From Rhodospirillaceae bacterium (GTDB taxonomy: Bacteria; Pseudomonadota; Alphaproteobacteria; UBA6615): a DNA stretch of 64,000 nt. The notes under the pieces were generated by a model that had not been told where the DNA came from, did not search any database, and worked only from the letters and a program-made list of their open reading frames with translations. Every line of letters starts with the position of its first letter. The stretch's first letter is position 1. The stretch is taken from contig PASR01000011.1 in NCBI GenBank assembly GCA_002713365.1, positions 5,527 through 69,526 of the forward strand. The letters run 5' to 3'. This document shows positions 1-11,201 of this stretch, one piece after another. The translations under genes and the position numbers were made by a program.

Positions 1-109
1 GTCAAAATATGTTCTTTTTGTGTAACAAATGTGTTACATCACTTTGTAAGTTATTGAAGTACAACACATTTTGTGTAATGTCGTTCAACAAAAGAATCTT
101 ATAAAATCA

Positions 110-3100
110 ATGACTTATGATAGTAAGTGGGAGTTCTGGATAGATAGGGGTGGAACATTTACGGATGTTGTAGCTCGTTGTCCAGATGGATCGCTTGTTA
201 CTCACAAACTACTGTCGGAGGATCCAGAGCATTACCGTGATGCGGCTGTACAAGGCATTAGATATGTACTGGGTCTTAAGGCCGATCAACCTATTCCTGC
301 AGATAGTATTGCAGTGGTTAAGATGGGCACTACGGTGGCTACGAATGCCCTACTCGAAAGAAAAGGTGATAATACCTTACTTGCTATTACCAGCGGGTTT
401 AGAGATGCTTTACGCATTGGTTATCAAGCAAGGCCAAGACTATTTGATTGTAATATATTATTACCAGAAATGTTATATGAAAATGTTCTGGAGGTTAATG
501 AAAGAATTGATTCTCATGGTCAGATTTTAGAACCTTTTGATAACTTAACCGCACGTTCTGGATTGTTGAGAAGTTTTGAAAAAGGTGTTCGTGCAATCGC
601 CATAGTGTTTATGAATGCTTATCGATATCCCCAGCATGAACTTGAAATGGCAAGGTTGGCTAGTGAAATTGGTTTTACTCAGATTTCAGTTAGTCACATG
701 GTTAGCCCACTTATAAAACTAGTTGGAAGAGGTGATACTACTGTTGTTGACGCTTATCTATCTCCAATATTAAGGCGTTATGTAGATGAGGTTGCTAGTG
801 AATTGGGTGGCGTGAAGTTAATGTTTATGCAGTCGAATGGCGGTTTAACCAATGCTAAAATGTTTCAAGGTAAAGATGCTATTTTATCTGGGCCGGCCGG
901 CGGAGTAGTTGGTGCAGTAGAGATTAGCTCTGAAGCAGGCTTTGATAAAATTATCGGTTTTGATATGGGAGGAACTTCTACGGATGTTACTCATTATGCG
1001 GGAGAGTATGAGCGCGCATTTGAGACGTTAGTTGCTGGTGTTCGGATGCGAGCACCTATGATGCAAATACATACAGTTGCCGCCGGAGGAGGTTCTATAT
1101 GTGCATTCGATGGCTCACGTTACAGGGTGGGGCCGGAGAGTGCTGGAGCTAACCCTGGACCGGCGAGCTATGGCAAGGGGGGACCATTAACAGTAACTGA
1201 TTGTAACGTCATGTTAGGTAAGCTTCAGCCGGATTACTTTCCTGCTATATTTGGTCCAAACCAAGATAAAGTACTTAACAAACAAATTGTTTATGAAAAA
1301 TTTGAAACTTTATCTAATAAAATACATTCTTCAACTGGTGATTCTCGTTCTCCGGTGGAGGTGGCTGATGGATTTCTGAAAATCGCTGTGGAAAACATGG
1401 CTAATGCTATTAAAAAGATATCGGTACAGCGAGGTTATGATGTAAGTGAATATAGTCTTTGCGCTTTTGGGGGGGCTGCTGGACAACATGCTTGTTTGGT
1501 AGCTGATGCTCTAGGAATGACTAACGTTATAGCCCACCCGATGGCAGGTGTATTGTCGGCTTACGGAATGGGTTTGGCTGATGTAAGGGCTCTACGTGAA
1601 CAATCGGTTGAAAAACTCCTTACAAAAGATAACATCCGTGAAACCCAAGTTATACTTGATCGTTTATCAATAGAAGCAATAGAAGAAGTAAAGGCTCAGA
1701 GTGTAAGTGAAACTAATATTGAAACTATATGTAACTTACATTTAAAATATGATGGTACTGATACATCACTCATAGTAAATTTTTCGTCTTTAGAATCAAT
1801 GACGGAACAATTTCTGTTATTGCATAAACAACGGTATGCTTTTGTGATGCCTGATAGGCCGCTTGTAATTGAAACAGCTGCAGTTGAAGTTATTGCCGCT
1901 AAAGAAAAGGTGGAAGAAGTATCGTTTGCACAGAAGGCTAAAAATAAACAGCCAAAACCACTAACAAATGTGGAGGTTTATATAGACGGAGGGGAACGTA
2001 ATACTCCAGTTTATGATCGAAAATATCTTGACGCCGGAACAAAGATACAGGGTCCCGCCATCATTCAAGAAGCTGTTTCTACTATGGTTGTTGAACCGGG
2101 CTGGTGTGCTAGTGTAACAGATGAAGGTAATTTATTACTAAACCGCATTGTTCCACTTGAAAGAAAATCAGCTCCCGGAACTTCAGTAGACCCAGTTATG
2201 CTTGAGGTTTTCAATAACCTCTATATGTCCATTGCTGAGCAGATGGGTTTTACTCTTCAAAATACGGCGCATTCAGTAAATATAAAAGAACGACTAGATT
2301 TTTCATGCGCCATATTCGATCCAGAAGGAAATTTAGTTGCTAACGCTCCCCATATGCCTGTTCACCTTGGGTCAATGAGTGAGAGTGTGCGTACCGTAAT
2401 TCGTGAAAATCACTATTCTATGCGACCTGGGGATGTTTACGTTTTAAATGCTCCATATAATGGTGGAACTCATTTGCCTGACGTGACTGTAGTTACACCA
2501 GTCTTTGGTGAAAAAGAACATGACATACTATTTTATGTTGGAAGTCGCGGTCATCATGCAGATATAGGAGGATTAACACCAGGCTCAATGCCGCCTCATA
2601 GTCAAATTGCAGAAGAAGAAGGTGTGTTAATCGATAATTTTAAGTTAGTTGATAGCGGTTACTTCTGTGAAACTGAGTTCCGCTCGTTATTAGAATCGGG
2701 ACCTTACCCAGCTAGAAATATAGATCAAAATATAGCTGATGTCCGAGCACAAATTGCAGCTAATGAAAAGGGGGTAAGTGAATTAAGAAAAATGGTTGTG
2801 AATTACGGACTATCAACAGTGCACGCTTATATGAAATATGTACAAGACAATGCTGAAGAATCAGTTCGTCGGGTGTTGGATGTGTTAAAAGACGGTGAGT
2901 TTATTTATCCTATGGATGACGGAAACCAAATTAAGGTACGTGTAAGTATTGATAAAGAGGCTAGAAGAGCGACCGTCGACTTTTCTGGAACTAGCGATCA
3001 ATTGGATAATAATTTTAATGCTCCTTCTGCTATATGCCGTGCCGCAGTTCTATATGTTTTCCGTACGTTGGTTAATAAAGACATACCTATGAACGAGGGA

Positions 3101-3727
3101 TGCCTAAAACCGATCGATATAATAATTCCCGAAAATTCATTACTTTCACCACAATATCCTGCTGCAGTAGTTGCCGGAAATGTGGAAACGAGTCAGGCAA
3201 TAACTGATAGTTTATATGGCGCACTACGTGTCATGGCCGCAGCTCAAGGAACAATGAATAACCTTACATTTGGAAATGATAAATATCAGTATTATGAAAC
3301 TATATGCGGTGGCTCCGGCGCTGGACCAAGTTTTCATGGAACCTCAGCAGTACACACTCACATGACCAACTCAAGGTTAACAGATCCTGAGGTGCTAGAA
3401 CTGCGGTTTCCAGTAATGTTAGAAAATTTTGAGATTCGTAAGAGTTCTGGTGGTGATGGTTTATTTAGTGGAGGCAATGGTGTCGTAAGAAAGTTACGTT
3501 TTCTTGAAGATATGCAAGTTATGATATTGTCTAGTCATAGAACGGTTGCTCCATTTGGACTTAATGGCGGAAATCCAGGTTCACTGGGACGTAATTGGAT
3601 AGAGAGGAGTAATGGAACTAAACAACAAATGACAGGCACCGATAAAGCTGACGTATCTCCTGGAGATAAAATTATTATTGAAACACCAGGTGGTGGTGGA
3701 TACGGAAAATCAGATATCAATAGCTAG
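110..3727 (+). CDS. oplA: ATP-dependent 5-oxoprolinase (fused hydantoinase A/B family)
   Basis: About 1200 aa with [45 protein letters not shown] and [13 protein letters not shown] motifs. ATG at 110 preferred over the track's TTG at 71. Confidence 0.92.
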   Translation: MTYDSKWEFWIDRGGTFTDVVARCPDGSLVTHKLLSEDPEHYRDAAVQGIRYVLGLKADQPIPADSIAVVKMGTTVATNALLERKGDNTLLAITSGFRDALRIGYQARPRLFDCNILLPEMLYENVLEVNERIDSHGQILEPFDNLTARSGLLRSFEKGVRAIAIVFMNAYRYPQHELEMARLASEIGFTQISVSHMVSPLIKLVGRGDTTVVDAYLSPILRRYVDEVASELGGVKLMFMQSNGGLTNAKMFQGKDAILSGPAGGVVGAVEISSEAGFDKIIGFDMGGTSTDVTHYAGEYERAFETLVAGVRMRAPMMQIHTVAAGGGSICAFDGSRYRVGPESAGANPGPASYGKGGPLTVTDCNVMLGKLQPDYFPAIFGPNQDKVLNKQIVYEKFETLSNKIHSSTGDSRSPVEVADGFLKIAVENMANAIKKISVQRGYDVSEYSLCAFGGAAGQHACLVADALGMTNVIAHPMAGVLSAYGMGLADVRALREQSVEKLLTKDNIRETQVILDRLSIEAIEEVKAQSVSETNIETICNLHLKYDGTDTSLIVNFSSLESMTEQFLLLHKQRYAFVMPDRPLVIETAAVEVIAAKEKVEEVSFAQKAKNKQPKPLTNVEVYIDGGERNTPVYDRKYLDAGTKIQGPAIIQEAVSTMVVEPGWCASVTDEGNLLLNRIVPLERKSAPGTSVDPVMLEVFNNLYMSIAEQMGFTLQNTAHSVNIKERLDFSCAIFDPEGNLVANAPHMPVHLGSMSESVRTVIRENHYSMRPGDVYVLNAPYNGGTHLPDVTVVTPVFGEKEHDILFYVGSRGHHADIGGLTPGSMPPHSQIAEEEGVLIDNFKLVDSGYFCETEFRSLLESGPYPARNIDQNIADVRAQIAANEKGVSELRKMVVNYGLSTVHAYMKYVQDNAEESVRRVLDVLKDGEFIYPMDDGNQIKVRVSIDKEARRATVDFSGTSDQLDNNFNAPSAICRAAVLYVFRTLVNKDIPMNEGCLKPIDIIIPENSLLSPQYPAAVVAGNVETSQAITDSLYGALRVMAAAQGTMNNLTFGNDKYQYYETICGGSGAGPSFHGTSAVHTHMTNSRLTDPEVLELRFPVMLENFEIRKSSGGDGLFSGGNGVVRKLRFLEDMQVMILSSHRTVAPFGLNGGNPGSLGRNWIERSNGTKQQMTGTDKADVSPGDKIIIETPGGGGYGKSDINS

Positions 3728-3942
3728 ATTTAGACTTAAGAATTTTAATGTAGAAATACATATGCATTTAATATGATTTAGCTTAGAGAATGTATAAATA
3801 TTTTAGATATAAATTTTTACTAATATTTTTTATTCATGCTAAATGATATTTGCGCTTACCACATAAACTAAAGATGATAAAAATTAATGCCGGTTTCTAA
3901 GGATAGGGTCAAATCTCGTGTTGCACCTGATTAGGTTTTTTT

Positions 3943-5136
3943 GTGAATAATGCTAATTCTTCGCGCATACTTATCTTTATTCTTGCGGCTATAACTGCTT
4001 TGGGCCCAATGTCTATGCAGGTTTTTCTGCCTGCTTTACCGGCTATACAAGACGCTTTTAATGTTTCTCATATGCAGGCTCAATTAGTATTGTCGGCTTC
4101 CCTTGTTTCTATAGCTATTTCAGCCCTGGCTTATGGGCCTGCTTCTGATCGATATGGAAGACGTCCCGTTATGTTAATTGGTTTAACTATTTTTTTAATA
4201 GGTAGTGTGATTTGTGTTATATCAACATCAATATGGGTGTTGATTTTTGGACGTATTGTACAGGCAATAGGCGGTGCGTCAGGAATGGTGCTTAGTAGGG
4301 CAATCATACGTGATTTATATGACCGTGAAACAGCTGCCAGAATGTTAGCATATATGGTGACGGTTCTAGTTTTTGCTCCAATGGTTGCCCCGGTGATTGG
4401 CGGAGTAATTAACGATCTAGCAGGGTGGAGAGCAATTTTTTGTTTTACATGCTTAGTTGGATTAGCAGCTATAACATTAGCTTATCCAAAAGTTCCTGAG
4501 ACTATGGTCAAGACTACCCATGTCCAGTCACAAAGTGGAATGTTTATTCATTTTATTACACTTATTAAAATTAGAGAATTTCTGGCTTATGCTGGCCAAT
4601 TAAGTTTTGGCCTTGGAATGTTCATGGGACTAATTGGTGGCGCGCCATTTGTGGTCATAAGAGTTCTGGGTAAAAGCCCGACAGAACTGGGCTTTCTATT
4701 ATTAATATTATCTGCGGGTTTTATGCTTGGAACCTTCATTACGGCCAGAATAGGTGGGGGTGTTGGTGTAGACCGAATGATAAAATTTGGAAGTATTCTA
4801 TCCGTTATTTCAGGAATAATCATGTTCATATTAGTATTAGCTGGTGAATGGACAGTTTGGGCTATATTTGTCCCAAGCACTGTTATGGCTTTTGCCAATG
4901 GTTTGATTATGCCCAACGCACAAGCAGCTGCAGTTAGTATTAATCCGCAGATAGCAGGCTCAGCATCAGGTTTGATGAGTTTTATGCAAATGATGACTGG
5001 TGCAGTATTTGCTCAAACAGTGGGTGTTATACAGGATGGCACTCCTTTGCCTATGGTTTTTGTAGTTACTATTGCAGCGCTATTGGGGTTCGCTTCAATT
5101 CTTTTTTTACCAAAGACAAAGATCTCAGAGAATTAA
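3943..5136 (+). CDS. Bcr/CflA family MFS efflux transporter
   Basis: Hydrophobic 397 aa with FLPALP, SDRYGRRPV and AIIRD motifs. Confidence 0.88.
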   Translation: MNNANSSRILIFILAAITALGPMSMQVFLPALPAIQDAFNVSHMQAQLVLSASLVSIAISALAYGPASDRYGRRPVMLIGLTIFLIGSVICVISTSIWVLIFGRIVQAIGGASGMVLSRAIIRDLYDRETAARMLAYMVTVLVFAPMVAPVIGGVINDLAGWRAIFCFTCLVGLAAITLAYPKVPETMVKTTHVQSQSGMFIHFITLIKIREFLAYAGQLSFGLGMFMGLIGGAPFVVIRVLGKSPTELGFLLLILSAGFMLGTFITARIGGGVGVDRMIKFGSILSVISGIIMFILVLAGEWTVWAIFVPSTVMAFANGLIMPNAQAAAVSINPQIAGSASGLMSFMQMMTGAVFAQTVGVIQDGTPLPMVFVVTIAALLGFASILFLPKTKISEN

Positions 5137-5162
5137 AAAATTAATTTTTGAGAGTTTTATTC

Positions 5163-6941
5163 TTAATCGCCCTGAGCTTTGCCTTCACGACGTGGATCTG
5201 CAGCGCCATATAAATTTTCTTTATCAATAGCAATGACGTGCAAACCGCTATTAAGATTTCGTTTACGTATTTTATGTCCGCGTTTGATTAGTGGTTTTGT
5301 AAAAGTGATTGCTTTTGTTTCAAGCTCAATTTCAGTATCAGTATTACGGTTGACTACGTGACCTAGGTTAATAGCTGTTTGTATGTCCAAGCCCCAGTCT
5401 AATACTGCAATAAGTGTTTGAGCTACATAGCTGATTATTCGACTACCACCTGGCGATCCAATTATTAAAATAAGATTACCTTCACGATCGAATACCATGG
5501 TTGGAGACATAGAACTACGCGGTCGTTTGCCTGGTTGAACTCGGTTAGCAACTAGTTTGCCATCTATCTTAGGTAAAAATGAAAAATCTGTTAGTTCACT
5601 ATTTAGTAAAAACCCTCTTACCATTATTTGCGAACCAAAAGCTCCCTCAATGGTAGTTGTCATAGATACTGCATTACCTTCTTTATCTATTATTGAAATA
5701 TGGCTAGTACCAGGCCTTCCAATTGATGAATCTGGAATATAACTAGACTTTGTTTTCTGTGGAAGGGCTCCTGCCATAGCGGGAACCGATATTGATGAAC
5801 TTAAGTTAATTAGTTTTGCTCTCTCTGATAAGTAGGACTTATCGAGTAATGCACTTATTGGTACGGGTACAAAATCAGAGTCTGCTATGTAGAGTGCTCG
5901 GTCAGCAAAAGCTAGTTTCCCAGCTTCAATTATAATATGCCAGCTATCTATACTGTCCGGCCCGAGTTTTGGAAGATTAAAATTTTCTAGTATTCCAAGT
6001 ATTTGTCCAATACTAATAGCTCCAGAGCTTGGAGGAGGCATACCACATACTTTATATTTTCTATAGGTATGACATATAGGTTTTCGTTTTATTACTTTAT
6101 AGTTTTTTAGATCTGATAACTTAAGTTTTCCCGGATTTCTGTTGTTGCTTACAACCTCGGTTATTATGTCTTTAGCTATTTCACCCTGATAGAATATCTG
6201 TGAGCCGTGATTAGCAATTTTAGATAAGGTTTCAGCAAAAATTCTATTTTTTATGACATCTCCTGGTCTAAGAGTTTTTCCTGAGGGAAAAAAATAGTCA
6301 GCGGAGGCTTTATTCGTTTGTATCCTTTTTTTCCGTTTGCCTTTTAATGAATTTATTAGTCGAGTAGAGGCCGGAAAACCATTGTTTGCTATTGCTATAG
6401 CTGGTTGGAATAATCTTGTCCAAGGCAAACGACCGTGAGCTTTATGTACTCGTTCTAAAAGAGCCAATGTTCCAGGAACTCCAACAGATCGACCACCTAT
6501 AGCGGCATCATAAAATCTCATACTTTCTCCCTCAGAAGTTAAAAATAGTTTTTCTGTAGCTTCTGCAGGAGCTGTTTCACGTCCGTCATAGGTTAGAAGT
6601 TCTTTGGTTTTGCCATCTAAATACATTAGAAATGCACCCCCACCTATGCCAGAGCTTTGGGGCTCTACTAAGTTAAGAACTAATTGTGTGGCTATTGCCG
6701 CATCAACAGCCGAACCGTTTTCTCTAAGCATCTCAATGCCTGCGGAAACAGCTGCCGGATGAGCTGCGACCACCATATGATTTTTAGCTTTAATAAGGTT
6801 TTGTGAAATTAGTTTATAACCATCTTCTGGTTGTAAGTCCTGGGAATATGCTGAAGAGGTTAAAAATAATGAAAACAAAATAACTTTGTAGAAAAAGTAT
6901 TTAAGGTCTCTTAGGAAGTTTATATTTAAAAAGTCGTACAT
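5163..6941 (-). CDS. ggt: gamma-glutamyltransferase, probably exported
   Basis: EPQSSGIGGG, DGRETAP, autocleavage site GT-SHISIID and PGKRPRSSMSP. N-terminal hydrophobic signal-like segment. Confidence 0.95.
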   Translation of the reverse strand: MYDFLNINFLRDLKYFFYKVILFSLFLTSSAYSQDLQPEDGYKLISQNLIKAKNHMVVAAHPAAVSAGIEMLRENGSAVDAAIATQLVLNLVEPQSSGIGGGAFLMYLDGKTKELLTYDGRETAPAEATEKLFLTSEGESMRFYDAAIGGRSVGVPGTLALLERVHKAHGRLPWTRLFQPAIAIANNGFPASTRLINSLKGKRKKRIQTNKASADYFFPSGKTLRPGDVIKNRIFAETLSKIANHGSQIFYQGEIAKDIITEVVSNNRNPGKLKLSDLKNYKVIKRKPICHTYRKYKVCGMPPPSSGAISIGQILGILENFNLPKLGPDSIDSWHIIIEAGKLAFADRALYIADSDFVPVPISALLDKSYLSERAKLINLSSSISVPAMAGALPQKTKSSYIPDSSIGRPGTSHISIIDKEGNAVSMTTTIEGAFGSQIMVRGFLLNSELTDFSFLPKIDGKLVANRVQPGKRPRSSMSPTMVFDREGNLILIIGSPGGSRIISYVAQTLIAVLDWGLDIQTAINLGHVVNRNTDTEIELETKAITFTKPLIKRGHKIRKRNLNSGLHVIAIDKENLYGAADPRREGKAQGD

Positions 6942-7030
6942 TAATCATAGATTACCTTAATTAATTCTATTACAAAGTTGGGTTAACCATAATATTTTTA
7001 CTAAATACTGGGTTATAAGTTTATAAATCA

Positions 7031-7273
7031 CTATAATTTATGAATATTTTGTAAAACGTACACACGCAGTGCACTAGATAAGCTGCCTTTGCAATGCTGA
7101 TCAATTTCCGTTATTAGTTGATTAACTGATTTGTGCCGTTGTAAGGCCAAACTTCGTAATTTATCCCAGAAGATTGTTTCTAGAGAAACGCTAGTGCGAT
7201 GCCCTGAAACGACTACGGATCTTTTCTTTATAAGATCCTGATCATAGAGATAGTCAGTTACCTGTAAATTCAT
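7031..7273 (-). CDS. Ribbon-helix-helix domain protein (RHH_4-like)
   Basis: [20 protein letters not shown]...[10 protein letters not shown] pattern. ATG at 7273 overlaps the fumC stop (ATGA). Confidence 0.85.
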   Translation of the reverse strand: MNLQVTDYLYDQDLIKKRSVVVSGHRTSVSLETIFWDKLRSLALQRHKSVNQLITEIDQHCKGSLSSALRVYVLQNIHKL

Positions 7274-8664
7274 TTTGGTTCTATCATGTATTCTGGTCTC
7301 ACCCATTCATCATATTGTTCAGGCGTTAGTAGGCCTAATGAAATAGCTGATTCTTTTAGCGTAGTTCCATCTCCATATGCCTTCTTCGCGACTTTTGCGG
7401 CATTATCATACCCAATGTGGGGGTTTAATGCTGTCACTAACATCAATGACTGTTCCATTAGGAGATTAATATGCTCTTTATTGGCGATGATTCCATCGAC
7501 ACAGCGCTCTGCAAAACTACGAGCTGCGTCGCCAAGAAGTTGAATTGATTGTAGCAGATTATAAATTATAACAGGCTTGAACACATTTAGTTCAAAATGT
7601 CCGTTACTACCTGCAACAGTGACCGAAACATGATTACCCATAATTTGTGCAGCAACCATTGTAATTGCCTCAGATTGTGTTGGGTTTACTTTCCCTGGCA
7701 TGATTGATGATCCTGGTTCATTGGCAGGTAATGTTAATTCCCCAATTCCACTGCGAGGACCTGAACCTAAAAGACGGATATCGTTAGCAATCTTCATAAC
7801 TGCAGTTGCCCCGACATTCAATGCACCTGAAACGGCAACAAGCGTATCATGAGCTGCTAGTCCAGCAAATTTATTAGGCATAGTTATGAAATTTTTTCCA
7901 GTTATATTACTGACTTCTTCTGCGAATCTTTCGGAAAATCCGAGTGGCGCATTTAGGCCTGTTCCAACTGCTGTTCCCCCCTGAGCCAATTTAAGTAATT
8001 CAGGTATATGACGTCTTACTTCTTCTATTACATTATCTATTTGAGCAACGTAACCGGAAAATTCTTGTCCTAAAGTGAGTGGGGTTGCGTCTTGTGTATG
8101 CGTACGGCCGATTTTAATAACTTCGTTAAATTCTTTTTCTTTTTTTGATAGAGAAGTAGATAATTTTTTTAGCGAAGGTAACAGCTGATTTTCTATTTCT
8201 AACGCGCTAGAAATATGCATAACTGCTGGAAAACTATCATTAGATGATTGGCTAAGATTGACGTGGTCATTAGGATGAACTGGTGATTTATCTCCTCTTT
8301 TACCACCAAGAATTTCATTGGCCCTATTTGCTATGACCTCATTTGCATTCATATTAGTCTGAGTACCTGACCCGGTTTGCCAAACAACCAAAGGAAAATT
8401 ATCGTCTAATTTTCCATCGATGATTTCTTGTGCAGCTTGATCAATTGCTAAAGATAATTTTTTGTCTAGTTTCTTTAAGTCAAGATTTGCCCTAGCAGCG
8501 GCCTGTTTTTGAATGCCAAACGCATGAATAAGTGATAATGGCATCTGTTCATTGCTAATTGGAAAATTTTCTATACTTCTTTGTGTTTGAGCTCCCCAAT
8601 ACTTGTTAATTGGTACTTCTATTTTGCCCATAGTGTCAGATTCGATTCGGGTGTTGGGAGCCAT
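7270..8664 (-). CDS. fumC: Class II fumarate hydratase
   Basis: [20 protein letters not shown] and [11 protein letters not shown] signature. Confidence 0.97.
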   Translation of the reverse strand: MAPNTRIESDTMGKIEVPINKYWGAQTQRSIENFPISNEQMPLSLIHAFGIQKQAAARANLDLKKLDKKLSLAIDQAAQEIIDGKLDDNFPLVVWQTGSGTQTNMNANEVIANRANEILGGKRGDKSPVHPNDHVNLSQSSNDSFPAVMHISSALEIENQLLPSLKKLSTSLSKKEKEFNEVIKIGRTHTQDATPLTLGQEFSGYVAQIDNVIEEVRRHIPELLKLAQGGTAVGTGLNAPLGFSERFAEEVSNITGKNFITMPNKFAGLAAHDTLVAVSGALNVGATAVMKIANDIRLLGSGPRSGIGELTLPANEPGSSIMPGKVNPTQSEAITMVAAQIMGNHVSVTVAGSNGHFELNVFKPVIIYNLLQSIQLLGDAARSFAERCVDGIIANKEHINLLMEQSLMLVTALNPHIGYDNAAKVAKKAYGDGTTLKESAISLGLLTPEQYDEWVRPEYMIEPK

Positions 8665-8754
8665 TTTAACCTCTTTTAATAACTTCTGCTTTCTATATGA
8701 ATGTGAATGCTATGAGGTAACATCTTAAATTCTTATTGAGAAAAACATATGTGT

Positions 8755-9294
8755 TTATTTTTTACGAAATGTTTCTATACTTACTATTTCTGCACTTTTT
8801 TTAATGGTATTTTCGTCGCTATCATTATCTGCTTCTTTAATATTAGCTGTTGCCGGAATATTATCGCTTTTTATTTTATCTGATGGGTTTTGCTCATTTT
8901 CTTGAGAATTTGTGTTGAATTCTGAGCCTTGTGCCAAATCATTGGCTGAAAATTGAAGACCAAACTTAACGGATGGATCTACAAATGCCTTTAGCGCGGC
9001 AAACGGCACCGTCATTTCAACAATTTTATTATCAAAACTTAAGCTGACGCTAAATTCAAAAACATTTACTCGTAAATTCCAATACTGGTGTTGTATTATT
9101 ATGGTCATTTCATCGGGATAACGCTCCAGTAAAAAGTCAGGCATAATGATCCCCGACGCACCGGTACGAAACGTGATATAAAAGTGATGATCCCCAGGAA
9201 GTCCATGCTCAATAGTGTTTTCTAAGGCTCGACGAACTACGCCTCTTAAAGCATCTTCAACCATAAGGTCATATTTGAGAAAATTATTATTCAT
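8755..9294 (-). CDS. sspB: Alphaproteobacterial SspB, ClpXP adaptor for ssrA-tagged proteins
   Basis: GLPGDHHFYITF, YPDEMTIIIQHQYW, FVDPSVKFGLQF and C-terminal IVSIETFRKK tail. Lies directly downstream of the tmRNA. Confidence 0.92.
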   Translation of the reverse strand: MNNNFLKYDLMVEDALRGVVRRALENTIEHGLPGDHHFYITFRTGASGIIMPDFLLERYPDEMTIIIQHQYWNLRVNVFEFSVSLSFDNKIVEMTVPFAALKAFVDPSVKFGLQFSANDLAQGSEFNTNSQENEQNPSDKIKSDNIPATANIKEADNDSDENTIKKSAEIVSIETFRKK

Positions 9295-9384
9295 AGTGAT
9301 GATGGAAGCGAAATGTTTCCTTTACGTCAATGCCAATGATCATGATTATTTAAAAAAATATTAAATTATACCTGTATATCGCAA

Positions 9385-9675
9385 AAGTGGGGGGCTTCTG
9401 TTGCCCGGTGCCCCCCGAACCGCGCTTATCGACGCTTATTAGGCGGCAACAGCGGTGGGCTCAACATTATCGTTGGCACCTATAGTAATGGCCCGATAAC
9501 GACGGTACCATGCCGAGTGAAAGTTAAACCTTTACGCGCGCGTCGATCCTATTTCACCCCCCTAAAAACTTCATACTAAAGACCAAATAAATTTGGTGGA
9601 GGTGCCGGGTACCGCCCCCGGGTCCGCATCGTTTATTATGTAGAACGTTTATCACTATATCTGGGAAAACCCAGC
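9385..9675 (-). ncRNA. ssrA: Circularly permuted two-piece tmRNA: acceptor piece ~9675-9594, intervening segment 9593-9562, coding piece from 9561; tag ANDNVEPTAVAA
   Basis: Minus strand reads CCGGG-GGCGGTA-CCCGG-CACCTCC-ACCA, then GGGGGTGAAATAGGATCGAC. The acceptor stem has G3:U70. Tag codons run 9477-9442 followed by TAA TAA, and there is a 3' GC hairpin. Outer ends are approximate. Confidence 0.95.
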
Positions 9676-9847
9676 AAAATATTTATAGTCAATAAATAAG
9701 CTTGAAGGAAGGGGTTCATAGGTTTTAAAACGTGATAATGTTTTCCACAGATATTACATTTTTATAATTAGATTTTAGAGATATAATATATTTGTGAAGG
9801 TGTGCTTAGTATAAAATTTCATACAAAAATCGATTGAGCTCATAAGA

Positions 9848-10642
9848 ATGCAACAATATTTAGATCTACTGAATCATGTGCGATATAACGGTGTTGAACG
9901 CCCAGATAGAACTGGTACGGGAACATTAAGTGTATTTGGAGCGCAGATTCGATTTGATTTATCAGACGGGTTTCCAATACTTACTACCAAACGACTCCAC
10001 TTAAAATCAATAATTTACGAATTACTTTGGTTTTTAAAAGGCAGCACTAATATATCTTATTTAAATGATAATGGCGTAACTATTTGGGATGAATGGGCCG
10101 ATGAAAATGGTGATTTAGGGCCTATATATGGTCATCAGTGGAGGTCTTGGCCAAACCCTGATGGCGGCAGCATAGATCAGATTTCCGCCTTGATTAACCA
10201 AATCCATGATAATCCGGAATCTAGAAGGCTTATTGTTAGTGCTTGGAATGTTCCGGATATATCTACTATGGCTTTACCTCCATGCCATTGTCTTTTTCAA
10301 TTTTATGTAGCTAAGGGAAAACTTTCTTGCCAATTGTATCAGAGAAGTGCTGATATTTTCTTAGGAGTGCCTTTTAACATTGCTTCCTACGCGCTTCTTA
10401 CCTTAATGATAGCTCAGGTATCCGGACTTGAGCCAGGAGAATTTATCCATACTTTTGGTGATACTCATCTTTATTTAAATCATATTGAACAAGCTGAAGA
10501 GCAGTTGCAAAGACCGCCATTAGGATTGCCAAAAATGTATTTGAATCCAAATATTGATAATATTTTTGATTTTGATTTTAGTGATTTTCAATTGGAAGGT
10601 TATAAGTTCCATCCGCATATTCCGGCTAAAGTAGCTGTTTAA
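9848..10642 (+). CDS. thyA: Thymidylate synthase
   Basis: DRTGTGT, ELLWFL, MALPPCH, YQRSAD and [10 protein letters not shown]. Confidence 0.98.
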   Translation: MQQYLDLLNHVRYNGVERPDRTGTGTLSVFGAQIRFDLSDGFPILTTKRLHLKSIIYELLWFLKGSTNISYLNDNGVTIWDEWADENGDLGPIYGHQWRSWPNPDGGSIDQISALINQIHDNPESRRLIVSAWNVPDISTMALPPCHCLFQFYVAKGKLSCQLYQRSADIFLGVPFNIASYALLTLMIAQVSGLEPGEFIHTFGDTHLYLNHIEQAEEQLQRPPLGLPKMYLNPNIDNIFDFDFSDFQLEGYKFHPHIPAKVAV

Positions 10643-10647
10643 AGGCC

Positions 10648-11154
10648 ATGGGGTTTAGTATTTCGCTTATTGTTGCAGTTTCAGAAAATGGGGTTATTGG
10701 TCATAATGGGCGATTACCTTGGCGCATACCTGAAGACCTTAAGCATTTTAAATCTATAACTATGGGTAAACCAATTATAATGGGACGGCTAACATTCGAG
10801 TCTATCGGTACTGCGTTAGAAGGTCGTCAAAATATTGTAATATCTCGATCAAAAGGAAACATTAATGATGAGGTTGAAGTTGCTTGCAGCCTTGATAAGG
10901 CTTTAGAGATAGCTGGTAGGGCTAAGCCTGAAGAAGTAATGATAATAGGAGGTGGTGAAATTTATAAACTAGCATTAAATAGAGCACACCGAATATATGT
11001 CACAGAAGTTCACATTGATGTTAAAGGAGATGTTAAATTTCCTAAACTGGAATCAAAATATTGGAGAGAAGTTTCCCGTAAGTTTATTCCTGCTGGAGGT
11101 AATACTCCTGGACATAGTTTCGTAGTTCTTGATCGTAATTCTTCAAATTTTTAA
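10648..11154 (+). CDS. folA: Dihydrofolate reductase
   Basis: LPWRIPEDLKHFK, IMGRLTFES and IIGGGEIY. Follows thyA. Confidence 0.96.
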   Translation: MGFSISLIVAVSENGVIGHNGRLPWRIPEDLKHFKSITMGKPIIMGRLTFESIGTALEGRQNIVISRSKGNINDEVEVACSLDKALEIAGRAKPEEVMIIGGGEIYKLALNRAHRIYVTEVHIDVKGDVKFPKLESKYWREVSRKFIPAGGNTPGHSFVVLDRNSSNF

Positions 11155-11201
11155 TAAAAGGATACGCTTTTAAATTTAGTGTATTTAATAAAGAACTAGT
11201 C

